Shown: positions 52,300 through 62,105 of the stretch, in pieces
Layout of the letters: the number at the start of each line of letters is the position of its first letter
How positions within the stretch are numbered: position 1 is the stretch's first letter
Source: a virus
Taxonomy: Duplodnaviria; Caudoviricetes
DNA: 64,000 nucleotides
Direction: 5' to 3' (one strand)
IMG/VR virus record: IMGVR_UViG_3300035184_000978
Location: 1,269 to 65,268 of that record
Translations under genes and position numbers: made by a program
The notes under the pieces: generated by a model
What the model saw: only the letters and a program-made list of their open reading frames with translations
Databases searched by the model: none
What the model was told of the DNA's origin: nothing

Positions 52300-54322
52300 T
52301 AATCTTCTCTCTTTATTCTTTGAAAGTTTCATTTATAATAATATATTAACCGACAAGCCGAACATAATCTAACGACCAACCGTTAATTGCTAAACAATCT
52401 ATTACATATGATTCAACGTCTTGTTGTGCGTAACCTTTTATTATTAACCTGATATCACTGATACCGTTTTTAGATAATTCAACTTCATATTCAGACATTT
52501 TTATTTACTCTTCTAATACTTTTAAATGATCAGTAGCTTTGTCATAAGCATCTCTCAAGTCTGCTTTTGCTTGTCCACCACCCATCTTGCAAACTGCATA
52601 TAATGAAGCAATTCTTAATTCTTCATAACCTTTCTTTAACTCTACAATCTTATCGTCTTTTTCTTTAGTATCTAATCTGAATTTTTCAAGTAACTCTATA
52701 TTTAACAACGCCTGGTTCATTTGTTTCTGCCTTCTTAATTGTTTATCTTTGTTTTTACATTTGATTTAAAATAAGTATTAAATGGTTATTTATTTTTGCT
52801 TTTTTCGTCTAATGTATCTAGCCAATGCGTTGTTAGCAGCTACGATAGGCCAGAATACAAGAAAGCAAAAAGACCCAAGCAGTGCGACGACTAGACATGC
52901 AGGCCAAACTAAAGAACATATCACAGTCAATTCAGTTAGCCAATTATCACTCGTATATTTGAAGTTGGCTTTAGATACGGCAGTATGTATAAAAACGCCA
53001 ATAAGCAACAAAAACAAAACACTAATGTAGATTATAACAATAATTTCTAAACTCGTCATTTTTGACTCCTTAGTATTTGTACTTTATTAAGCAACGAATC
53101 TACAGTAGAATCCAAGTCAGACATTTTTAAGAAAGTATGAATAGATCCTATTGTGTGTCTACAACAGTAAGAAGCATCAATAATACCTTTAGCCTGTTGT
53201 TCTAATTTAATTATCTCTAAATCATTTACTGTAAGATAAACCAACTGTCTTTGATCTAATGTAATTAACTTCTTATTTTCAATTCTAAATCTCATAGTGT
53301 GATCCTACTCTTAGTGTTTGCTTTATAATGATGGTTATCACTACAAAATTCTTAGATGATTGTTGCGAGCACTATACATAATATTGTGAGCATTTACATC
53401 ATGAATTGTTCTGATAATTAATGAATTATCGGACAATGAAATCTTTTCATCAAACAATGGATTATAAGGAAAGCTGTTTTTACCCTTAAAATCATCTGAT
53501 GTTGCTACATAAATAAATTTAGGGTCTAGCCATGATTCAGTTTTATTAAATGATTTTGCACTAGGCCATGTTTTTAATAGAACATTTCCTTTTTCTAAAA
53601 CTGTAGCAAATACTTTTGCCATAACTTTACTCCGTTTATAAACGACATGAAGGTATATTTAATAATATTAAATTTGAGCAGATTCTTTTCTTTCAATCTT
53701 TCTGGATTTTAATTCATCAACTGCTGCACGTCGCCCGATTTTGCGCGATTCTGCCTTACTGCTTGCCCAAAACGGATGGCAGTCGATTAAGGTGCCTTGG
53801 TATCTATGTTCTGCGGTAATGTAGCCCATTGAATCGGATGAAATTTTAATGTCTGATGTTTTGTATAAATTCATAATTTTTCTCAATTATTCAGTAGTTT
53901 TGGCTAATTCCCCAACCTGAAACTATTATATATCATAACTGGCTACATGTAAAATATTATTTATAATTAATTTAAATATGTTGCATGTTCGCTCATCTAT
54001 TACATATTCACTTCGTAGTGGTTTGCAGCTGCTACTAGCTCTTTCTTGGTTTTTGCGAACAGTGTCCAGTCTCCGTTGAAGTCGCCTTCGTGTGTAGACC
54101 TCCAGTGTTCTAATCCATATTCTACTGAGTCCATTTTTTCTATTATTACAACATCACCGTTTTTGTGTGTTGCTTGATGTGTTCCATCTTCCATCTTTTT
54201 AAATTTCAGCATAATATCTTTTTTGTCCTGCATAATTTGTTTGGTTTTGGCTAATTCCTCAACCTGAAACTATTATATATCATAACTGGTTGTATGTAAA
54301 CGATTATGTGTACTTATTCAAC

Positions 54323-54398
54323 TGATGACTGACAGGATTCGAACCTGCGACATGACGCAATAAAAACCCTGATTTACCAGACTAAGCTACAATCATCA
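54323..54398 (-). ncRNA. tRNA-like element with intact acceptor and T arms but unpaired anticodon arm, in an extended closing stem
   Basis: TAGCTTAGTCTGGTA D-like segment; GCAGG-TTCGAAT-CCTGT; outer stem CTTATTCA/TGAATAAG (54313-54408). Confidence 0.65.
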
Positions 54399-55322
54399 TG
54401 TGAATAAGCCCTGGGACTAGGCAAAATCAAAAATATCACTGGGATACGATGATTGGTCACACTTCCAATCATCGTTACCCACATTACGGCACCAACTTTA
54501 GTGCTTTGCGAACATAGGATATAAACAGTCCGCTAGACTCCGAAGCTTCTTTCATTTTAGCTTCAAGCTCAAAGCGCTTCTTGCGTTCGCGGTTCAGAGC
54601 ATTTTGCAGCTCTGCTGCAAGCTGTTTGTCGGCTGTAATTCGGACTCGCATATCTATCGCTCTATAGTCTCGTCTAATTTGATGGCGAAACCCGTCAAGA
54701 GCTATTAGCAAGAGCTTGTAAGCGTCAGAGTGGCCCCGGTGCTTACGCAGGTTTTGGAGGCTGAACTTCATACTGTCAATCTCATCTCTCAAAGCGTAAT
54801 AGTTGCGGGTGCTTTCTTCCCTTTCTTTTTTCCATTCGTCCTTTAAAATTTCGCTGTCTGGCATTTTGAATTGATCCTTTTAATTAACTACTAGCATCAT
54901 GGTTATAAATACTTTGTTTTAGTGTTGGATTGAAAATTAACTTTATCTTTGGCTATCATAGTTTTACTTAACCAATTCATCTTCTAAGTCCTTTAATTTA
55001 CTCATTATTAAGCAACAATCATATTTAATTGTTTAATAATTGCAGATAGTGACTCTGTACTGGGTTTGTATTTTTTACGTAGTGATGTTTCATGCCATTT
55101 TAAATAATGGTCTGTGTCTAAATTAGTTTTGTAAACATATCCAACATATCCACACTCCATTAGTTCTGGCTTATCTGATACATACGTAACAATTGCATCC
55201 ATGCCGTTAAACTCTGTAAATAGTTTACCTTGGATAATTACATTCTCTTCTAAGTTAAAGTAGTTCATTATTCCACCTAATATTTTTGCAATAAACTGTA
55301 TTTAAAAAGTATATGTTTGATT

Positions 55323-55745
55323 TTAACTTTCATTATTTTGATTGGTTGATACTTTGCTGATAAATGCATCAACTCTATTCATTATTTTGATTGTGGCTAG
55401 GTAGCCCACTCCATATCCATTGTCAGTAACCTTTTGTGACTTGGTTATGTCTATCATTATCTTTGCGGCGATTGAAATGTCTTTCTCAAGCTCTGCAATC
55501 TTACTACATTTTTCAGCACACTCATTTGTTTGGCTTTTTATAGTATTTTCAAGATCTGTAATTGTATTTTTTTGACTTCGAGTGTTCCAAGCTTTGATTA
55601 AATCAAACCTTTGACCTAATCCTGTGTTACTCGTTACTGCGCCGCATGAGTGAACCAATCTAAACCTACCAAGCTTACCAGTGATGGTTGGAACTTCTGA
55701 ACAAAAGGGGCACTGTTTTAATTCTTTACTCGTTTGGTTATCCAT
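55323..55745 (-). CDS. Lar-like zinc-ribbon protein with coiled coil
   Basis: ELK.CPFC...H.CG.....AWNTR. Confidence 0.55.
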   Translation of the reverse strand: MDNQTSKELKQCPFCSEVPTITGKLGRFRLVHSCGAVTSNTGLGQRFDLIKAWNTRSQKNTITDLENTIKSQTNECAEKCSKIAELEKDISIAAKIMIDITKSQKVTDNGYGVGYLATIKIMNRVDAFISKVSTNQNNES

Positions 55746-57665
55746 AATTTAATACCTTTATCAATTTATGTAACTAATATAATATATTCATAATTAAATG
55801 TCAACATATTTTTCTAATGACATTGTATATATTATATGTTATAATTTTGCTCCAAAGTTTACACCATTAATAAAAGCTGTAGTAATATCGTCAGGAGTAA
55901 GTGCATTTTTACATATAGAATCTTTAGTGTATTCTGTTGCAGCACGTTGAACTGAATCATTGATATACATCTCTTGTGTATATTTTTTAAATTCACGTTG
56001 TTCTCGCTTAAGTTCAATATTTTTTAAGTATTCTATTGAACTGCAACTATTACATAAACTTGACGATGCAGGATTAGTATGATTACGACAACATATCCTG
56101 CACCGTACATATCTTCTTTTAGAATTCATAATTTATTCTCTTAATCGATTTATGTTAATGATATATTCAAATATTTAACAATATGTTTAAGCTGCTTTTA
56201 ACTCTTTAATTGCTGACTTTATCCAAACTTGCTGTTTGTCTCTTGTTGCTGGTATATGTCCATTTTTAAAACATAAGTATCTAATAGCGAAATCGTTTAC
56301 CAAATTGTCATTTTCTCTATTGTGAGCTATGATTATTTCTATTTCGTTTTCTATGGTTTCTGCTATTCCTTTTGCTGCTTCTCTTACTTTTGCTGCGTTT
56401 TCGAAAGATTCTAGTCTCATTGCTAGTCTTTTTGCGAAAGTTTTAAATGTAGCCATATTATTCTCTTTTTATGATTGCTTCAATAGAGTTATAATATCAC
56501 ATATAAACAAGTATGTACACATATATATGATATTATTTTTACTATAGCCGTTTGTCATTTATAGCTTGACCATCTAATTTAACTTTGCTTTAATTGATCT
56601 CCAAATATGCTTAATGTCATCAACCGTATACTCATAAGGGTCATAAGCAAAATCAATCTCGCAGACATTACATTCTTCATCAGTATACTCGTAATGCCCA
56701 GCTTCTGCAAATCCAAGCATCTCAGTGCTTAACATCTCTAAAGCACTTTCAATTTTTGCTTTTTCTTTAAATTTTCCAACAAATCCGGCTTGTTCGTTAA
56801 CTACTTGTAGTCTCATAATTTTCTCGCTTGGTTTGTTTACTTAAATAGAGTTGTAATATTACACATATTAACTCGAGTATACGCTATGTGAGTAAATCTC
56901 AAGTTAATATGATGGTTGATTAGCTGGATTTAATGTCTCGCTCATAGCGAGAAATCATTGCAACATCAACTGGCAAGCCCAACTCTACACACTCTTGTAT
57001 GTAACGTTCCAAGCACTCAGTTAAATGAACTGACTCTTTAGATTTTAATGTATTCGTTGTTGTCATTTTGCTTTCCTAGAGAAAATGCCCCGAAAGGCGG
57101 TAGGTTACTATTGATCTTTTTCTGCTTTAGCTTTAGCTTTGCGATTTATATAAGATTTAGCGTTAATTATGCTTAATTCTAAATCATCCTCAATGTCGTC
57201 GTGGCCATGGCCGCCACATTCGCGGTCATTGTCAAAATAGTGACTCCAGTTTAAATCGTTCATTGTAATTCCTTTGTTATGTTTGCTTCAATAGAGTTAT
57301 AATATCACACAAATATGTATATGTACATACATATTTCATATTAATTGCATATATAAGTGAAGACCAAGTTGTGATAGTGATTAAAGCCAGATAGTGCCAG
57401 CTGATTCTTGAATAGTGTATTCGTATTTGTTTAACACCGGCTTACCGTTGAAGGATTCGCTTTCAAGTACAATCAAGACTCCATCCAACTTTGCGTGAGG
57501 AATTCCATCTATCATGAATATTTTTCTGGTCAGGTTTCTAAATGTTGCCCCTCTATCTGTTTTAGTCATGACTGTTAGATTTTTCATAATATATTTCCTG
57601 ATTTGTTTGCTTTATTAATTTATGAGACTATTATAATATAATGAGAACGAAATGTCAACTTTATT

Positions 57666-57913
57666 TGGAGGGATGTTTAAAAAAAGGAGTTGTGATAATA
57701 CGAATGTTACTAATATTTATTAACTACCCATCAAAAGTGACTAATGTTATCAGGGTAGGATTTTATTGATTTTTCTTATCAATGGTGATTAAATGTCATA
57801 CTAGAAAAGCACCACTGTCTTTTTTAGTACATACTCCTAATAGTGAGCTTAACCAAAAGTCAATAAAGTCAGAGGCTACAGGGACATGTTATCTGTCAGT
57901 CCAAGCATCACTC
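57666..57913 (-). ncRNA. Candidate about 250-nt structured RNA
   Basis: ORF-free; closing stem ending in CCA; several internal stems and two possible pseudoknots. Confidence 0.5.
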
Positions 57914-57914
57914 A

Positions 57915-58373
57915 TCAGCTATATAATTTGTTTATGAGTTTTATTTCTGCGTCAACTTGAGCAACCAACTTTCTTGCTTTTGTATAACTAGCAATAAGTT
58001 TAGTTCCATTTTTCAATGCACTCGCATCAATGTCTTCAGATCCAACTTTAAACGCATCTGCGAGTAATTGATTGATCTTAGTCATGTCGTTGAGTTCCAT
58101 GTGATTTGGATCTAATTCTAATTTAGCTTCGGTGAGTACAGATTCCGTCAATGGTTTATCTTTAGTTAAATGATACTTACCTGCGATTTTAGTAGTAAAA
58201 TACGTTGCGGTTTTTCCTTTATGAGTACCATTAGAGTTTTCAATCTCAGCGCGCGCCATAGCAGCGCTTTGATCTATTTTATACAACTTTTTCATTACAG
58301 CTTCGTAACTTCCAGTTGCAAGTACAGATTCTTCTAATTGGCTGCGCTCTTTGAATGCTTTAAATGATTTCAT
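57915..58373 (-). CDS. Candidate internal (head-packaged) protein
   Basis: MKSFKAF...LEE; late promoter at 58412. Confidence 0.65.
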   Translation of the reverse strand: MKSFKAFKERSQLEESVLATGSYEAVMKKLYKIDQSAAMARAEIENSNGTHKGKTATYFTTKIAGKYHLTKDKPLTESVLTEAKLELDPNHMELNDMTKINQLLADAFKVGSEDIDASALKNGTKLIASYTKARKLVAQVDAEIKLINKLYS

Positions 58374-58414
58374 TTTTCTCTATCTCCTAATTAATCCAAT
58401 TGTTTCAATTATAT

Positions 58415-58735
58415 TTATAGTGTTCTTTCACGTTTAAATGTGTCGATAATAAAGTTAATGCCATCTTCAATAACATCGTAAGAATTTGTTTCGTTAATCA
58501 AAGGAAGTTTAAGATTTACCGTTTTGCCTTCATTAAAATCAAATATGTCTATTTCAGCTTCAAATAAGCTATCAATGTTTTCGAAAATATAAACAGATAC
58601 GCAATAATCGTCATCACCTAGTATGAAGCGATATACGTTTTCATCTTCAAATTCTGCATCAATTTTACCAGCAAGGGTTACGCATGCTCTTGAGATGATT
58701 GATTGTGCTATAGCTGTTGTTTCGTTAAGATTCAT
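58415..58735 (-). CDS. Acidic early hypothetical protein
   Basis: Promoter cassette; paralog at 20049-20322. Confidence 0.7.
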   Translation of the reverse strand: MNLNETTAIAQSIISRACVTLAGKIDAEFEDENVYRFILGDDDYCVSVYIFENIDSLFEAEIDIFDFNEGKTVNLKLPLINETNSYDVIEDGINFIIDTFKRERTL

Positions 58736-58812
58736 AATTTATTCTCTTTATCAATTTATGAGACTATAATATAACAATCAAAATAAAATGTCAACAGCTA
58801 TCTTTATTTAAA

Positions 58813-58889
58813 TGGCAAAGGTGGAGGGATTCGAACCCCCATCACGCGAGTTTGGAATCCGCTGTTCTACCAATTGGAACTACACCTTC
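58813..58889 (-). tRNA. tRNA-Trp(CCA)
   Basis: Full cloverleaf, loop TT-CCA-AA, encoded CCA. Confidence 0.9.
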
Positions 58890-58919
58890 ATATTAAACTC
58901 TTCGTAAGATTAGACTAAA

Positions 58920-59066
58920 ACGTACTGCACGTTTTTTATTTGTAGCTTTTAGTTTTTAACAGTGTCACTATCGTTATTAGCAAATCCATTAATGCTTGAT
59001 GTTTTAAATGAATTTCAACATTTTTAAAATATTTTTTACAGTACCAGAATCTTCAAAATTAAGTGA
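58920..59066 (-). pseudogene. Frameshifted tandem duplicate of 59099..59341
   Basis: Colinear nucleotide matches (AATATTTT.AAAA..TTGAAA, GCATT.ATGGATT, GACACTG...AAAAACTAAAAG) with frameshifts; no start. Confidence 0.65.
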
Positions 59067-59098
59067 TTTAGCTGGTGCTGATAAATTCGAATTCCTTA

Positions 59099-59341
59099 TT
59101 ATTCGTCCGCTGCGTATAGTGCATCTACGAACGCCTCATATGCTTTTATTGCAACTTTTAGTTTTTGAGCAGTGTCTCTGTTTGTACTATTTGCCCAATC
59201 CATCAATGCTGGAGAACCTAAATATTTTTCAATGTTTTCAAAATATTCAGTAGCAGATAGAGAATCTTTAAATGTTGTATACTTCACCATTTTATCCATT
59301 GAAGCTTCATTAAGTGTGTTGTGTTGTTTAAAACTTTTCAT
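59099..59341 (-). CDS. Candidate internal protein
   Basis: MKSFKQH..LNE; late promoter at 59392. Confidence 0.65.
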   Translation of the reverse strand: MKSFKQHNTLNEASMDKMVKYTTFKDSLSATEYFENIEKYLGSPALMDWANSTNRDTAQKLKVAIKAYEAFVDALYAADE

Positions 59342-59649
59342 GTGTTTCCTTTATTAGACTATTATAACATAATAGTATCTTTATTTTGAGTTATTTATAA
59401 TTTGACTGGTGTTGAGAAATTCTAATTCCAATCACACAGTTCTGTTTAATAAAGATTCTCACTAAACAATATATTGAACGAACTTCGTTCAAAGGATGTT
59501 CGTTATTACTATTGCTTCTTTACGATTTAAGGAAATACTATATTGGTCAATAAATCTTTGTTTGCATTCATGTTGTTGCCTTTTAATCAATGCGCCATTG
59601 TAATACATTTTTGTATAGTCTTCTATTGCTGGTTTAAAGTCTTCGTTTT

Positions 59650-60141
59650 TCATGATATATGACGTTCATGTACTGGAGCTTTAGCGCAAACTAATTTTTT
59701 AAAACAATCAGCTGCTGAACTTGCGGCCCACGCGTTTGGTTTTACAAGTGGTTCAATTTGACAAGTACCTTTAATGTACCCTATCGCCTGAGTAACTACA
59801 CAAGATGATCCGGCGTTGGGATTTGGATTAATATCCAGGTGTACAAAAGTTTCATACTCTATAATCTCAGGAGCCAATTTCAGATATAATTCAGAAGCTT
59901 TAATAACTTCGCTCATTAATCGCATTGCTGGCTTTTTGTTATTTACTTCATAATCTTTTTCACGGATGGTTTCACCAAATATCTTACAACCTTTTGAACC
60001 ATCTAGGTGAACTACGACAACAACATTATAATCAACAACACCTTTCTGACGTGATACTTTTTCAGAATCACAACCAATGTGAACAGTGGTTTTAGGACCT
60101 TGACTATTTACAAATTTTATTACCTCTTCTAAATTTAACAC
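59650..60141 (-). CDS. RNase H-like YkuK/DUF458 family protein
   Basis: IGCDS, RLMSEV, VHLDINP, KP.AWAAS.AAD. Confidence 0.8.
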   Translation of the reverse strand: MLNLEEVIKFVNSQGPKTTVHIGCDSEKVSRQKGVVDYNVVVVVHLDGSKGCKIFGETIREKDYEVNNKKPAMRLMSEVIKASELYLKLAPEIIEYETFVHLDINPNPNAGSSCVVTQAIGYIKGTCQIEPLVKPNAWAASSAADCFKKLVCAKAPVHERHIS

Positions 60142-60169
60142 GATGTTTACTCACTGTTGTTACAAAAAA

Positions 60170-60234
60170 TGGTAGGTCTGGACGGAATCTAACTGCAATG
60201 TAAAAACAGTTCGATTCCCCTCAGCTACAGGCCT
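60170..60234 (-). ncRNA. 65-nt tRNA-mimic: acceptor stem plus ACCA and one long hairpin, no anticodon arm
   Basis: AGGCCTG/CAGACCT-ACCA; GGAATCGAACTG/CAGTTAGATTCC. Confidence 0.6.
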
Positions 60235-60239
60235 AAAAA

Positions 60240-60359
60240 TATGTTATGATGGGTTATCACACATCTAGTTTAAACAGGTTGATACACTATTAAGTTTAAA
60301 CCGTAGTCTAAACGCCCGTCCTCTTTACAACAACGATACCGCGTTAGTATCACAACATA
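60240..60359 (-). ncRNA. Candidate structured RNA in tRNA cluster
   Basis: Closing TATGTTGTGAT/ATCATAACATA; internal GTTTAAAC/GTTTAAAC stem. Confidence 0.5.
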
Positions 60360-60363
60360 ATTT

Positions 60364-60452
60364 TGGCAGAAGGCATCGGTTTCTGGTCGGGACTGTGTTA
60401 TCGACAATATAGTTTAGCAAACTGCTCCAGTTCCCCGACTGGTTTACCTTCT
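60364..60452 (-). ncRNA. tRNA-Ser(GCT)-derived RNA lacking a T loop
   Basis: AGAAGGT/GCCTTCT-GCCA; GCAGT-TTGCTAA-ACT; T arm replaced by a complement of the D arm. Confidence 0.6.
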
Positions 60453-60457
60453 AAAAA

Positions 60458-60533
60458 TGGAGCGTCTATCCAGATTCGAACTGGAAACTGCAGGGTGGAA
60501 GCCTGTTGTGTTGCCGTTAAACACCATAGACGC
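60458..60533 (-). tRNA. tRNA-Gly(TCC)
   Basis: GCGTCTA/TAGACGC-TCCA; CT-TCC-AC. Confidence 0.9.
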
Positions 60534-60555
60534 TTTAAACTTTTTCAAATATAAT

Positions 60556-60629
60556 TAGGGTGGACAACGATTCAGCAGATGTGGAATAACAACCGGGAGC
60601 TTTTCCAATTAAGCTACGACCACACCCTA
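60556..60629 (-). pseudogene. tRNA 5'-half remnant (His-like) in a new closing stem
   Basis: GTGGTCG-TA-GCTT-AATTGGAA-AAGC then divergent; TAGGGTG/CACCCTA. Confidence 0.5.
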
Positions 60630-60685
60630 CATAAATTATATTATAAGACCAACGAAATACAAAGATTTCATTTTAGATTTTCTTT

Positions 60686-61081
60686 TTACTGAACACCCAA
60701 CTTAGCAGCTGTCGTTTTAAAATTCTTCTTTCTCATTACTGTTTTTGCAATCATATCTAATTCATCGTTTTTCTTATCATACTTAAGCATAAATGGTAAA
60801 TTGATGTATGAATTAAAATCAGTTATGACTGCTTCAACACCCGGATTCATTCCACCGATTTTATTACCGTGCTTAGCAAATACTTTTTTAAACATTGCCA
60901 TCATTTCAACTACTGTGATCTGTTTGCCATTTCTTGGATCATTAACTCTATCCCTAAAATGTCTACCCGACAAATCAACGTCAACACCAACTGCAGCAAA
61001 AAGTTTATCTGCAAACTTTTCTATGATGCCTATTTCTGTACCACTTAAACTCTCTACTATAAATTCTTTGTACGACTTCAT
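60686..61081 (-). CDS. Candidate internal protein
   Basis: MKSYKEFIVE closely matches the T4 capsid-targeting sequence; late promoter at 61112. Confidence 0.75.
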   Translation of the reverse strand: MKSYKEFIVESLSGTEIGIIEKFADKLFAAVGVDVDLSGRHFRDRVNDPRNGKQITVVEMMAMFKKVFAKHGNKIGGMNPGVEAVITDFNSYINLPFMLKYDKKNDELDMIAKTVMRKKNFKTTAAKLGVQ

Positions 61082-61185
61082 TTAAACTTTCTCTTGTTGT
61101 TGTTATAATCATATTTATATATTAGAGTGCATTGAGTAGAACAACAAGTTTTTTGAGTGCAATTATTATAATCAAACATTTAAAA

Positions 61186-61273
61186 TGGAGGAAGGTAGAG
61201 TAATCGAAACCCCAACGTTTTACCGATGCCCAAGGGTTCAAACCTTGTTGCCTACCATTTAGCGGTACCTTCC
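61186..61273 (-). tRNA. tRNA-Ser(TGA)
   Basis: Class II cloverleaf, TT-TGA-AC, CCA. Confidence 0.85.
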
Positions 61274-61380
61274 TAAAATTATATCAACAACACATTTAAT
61301 AATTTGTTTATCTTCCTGAGAGCCGGTAACGATAAACTTGGTCCGGTTAATCAACAATTTATACTATAATAGTATAAATT

Positions 61381-61455
61381 TGGTGCCGATTAGAGGTAAC
61401 GATCCCCTATCCCCAGATTACAAAACTGGTGCATCACCATCAATGCTTAATCGGC
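61381..61455 (-). tRNA. tRNA-Thr(TGT)
   Basis: GCCGATT/AATCGGC-ACCA; TT-TGT-AA; T loop ATCGTTA. Confidence 0.88.
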
Positions 61456-61501
61456 TAAACTTTGGTAGCAATTCAACGCTACATATGTGCTCTTACAATA
61501 T

Positions 61502-61591
61502 TGGCGGACGGGGTTGGGTTCGAACCAACGATGGGGATAAATCCTCGGCAGGTTAACAGCCTGCTGCCTTCAACCACTCGGCCACCCGTCC
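61502..61591 (-). tRNA. tRNA with GTT (Asn) anticodon and long variable arm
   Basis: GCAGG-CTGTTAA-CCTGC; 18-nt variable region; GCCA end. Confidence 0.85.
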
Positions 61592-61606
61592 TAAATTTTT
61601 ATTAAA

Positions 61607-61762
61607 AATATTTTCTGTATGCCACTCGAATCTAACAAGTTACCAGGTAACCATGTAACCATCCCAGCTTATCCGATACATATGTTCCATTGCGGTTACA
61701 ACGGTAATGTATGTTCACGCGATAGTCGATTCAAACTACAGCTTAGACATACAGAAAATATT
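61607..61762 (-). ncRNA. Candidate 156-nt structured RNA
   Basis: 15-bp perfect closing stem AATATTTTCTGTATG/CATACAGAAAATATT; just downstream of the promoter at 61810. Confidence 0.6.
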
Positions 61763-61833
61763 CTTCTTTCCTGATTTGATGAAACTATTATATCACACAT
61801 AATAGTTAATGTCAACACTTATTTTATTAAATT

Positions 61834-61905
61834 TGGTGGAGCCAAACGGTAACGATCCGTTCCATCCGTGGTGCAAGCACAGAGTCAATCCCATAAAGTG
61901 GCCCC
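61834..61905 (-). tRNA. tRNA-Ala(TGC) with reduced D arm
   Basis: GGGGCCA/TGGCTCC-ACCA (G3:U70); CT-TGC-AC. Confidence 0.75.
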
Positions 61906-61946
61906 AAATCGTTAGTAAACTGTATTCTTCAACAATTTACATAATG

Positions 61947-62019
61947 CATCCCGTACCAGATTCGAACTGGTGTTGCCGCCGTGAAAGGGCAGAGTTCTAG
62001 GCCTCTAAACTAACGGGAT
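61947..62019 (-). tRNA. tRNA-Glu(TTC)
   Basis: ATCCCGT/ACGGGAT; CT-TTC-AC; CCA not encoded. Confidence 0.88.
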
Positions 62020-62028
62020 AAACTGTTG

Positions 62029-62099
62029 TGGGTCGGGAGGTAACGATCCTCCTTCAGTAGACTTTTAATCTAGTGCATCACTATTAATGCTTCGAACCC
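62029..62099 (-). tRNA. tRNA-Lys-like body with inverted anticodon loop (reads AAA); possibly a pseudo-tRNA
   Basis: GGGTTCG...CGACCC-A; loop TTAAAAG is the reverse complement of CTTTTAA. Confidence 0.6.
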
Positions 62100-62105
62100 G
62101 TAATG

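Larger units (their letters stand above)
22755..57587 (-). other. Dozens of additional short hypothetical CDS (60-190 aa) filling the early region
   Basis: Co-oriented, abutting ORFs with RBS or cassette starts; no family recognised by eye. Confidence 0.6.

Noticed and set aside
54323-54398. Suppressor tRNA or stop-codon recoding
   Set aside because: Anticodon stem does not pair; genes end normally at TAA, TAG and TGA.
57666-57913. Canonical tmRNA
   Set aside because: No T arm, no GGGG/G3:U acceptor and no clear tag frame.
57911-57918. CTGATGAG hammerhead core
   Set aside because: No adjacent stem II followed by GAAA; the TGA is the stop codon of the upstream gene.
170-59357. Many short overlapping or antisense ORFs in the track (e.g. 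170, 446, 7370, 8071, 18026, 32064, 44871)
   Set aside because: Lie within or opposite well-supported genes.
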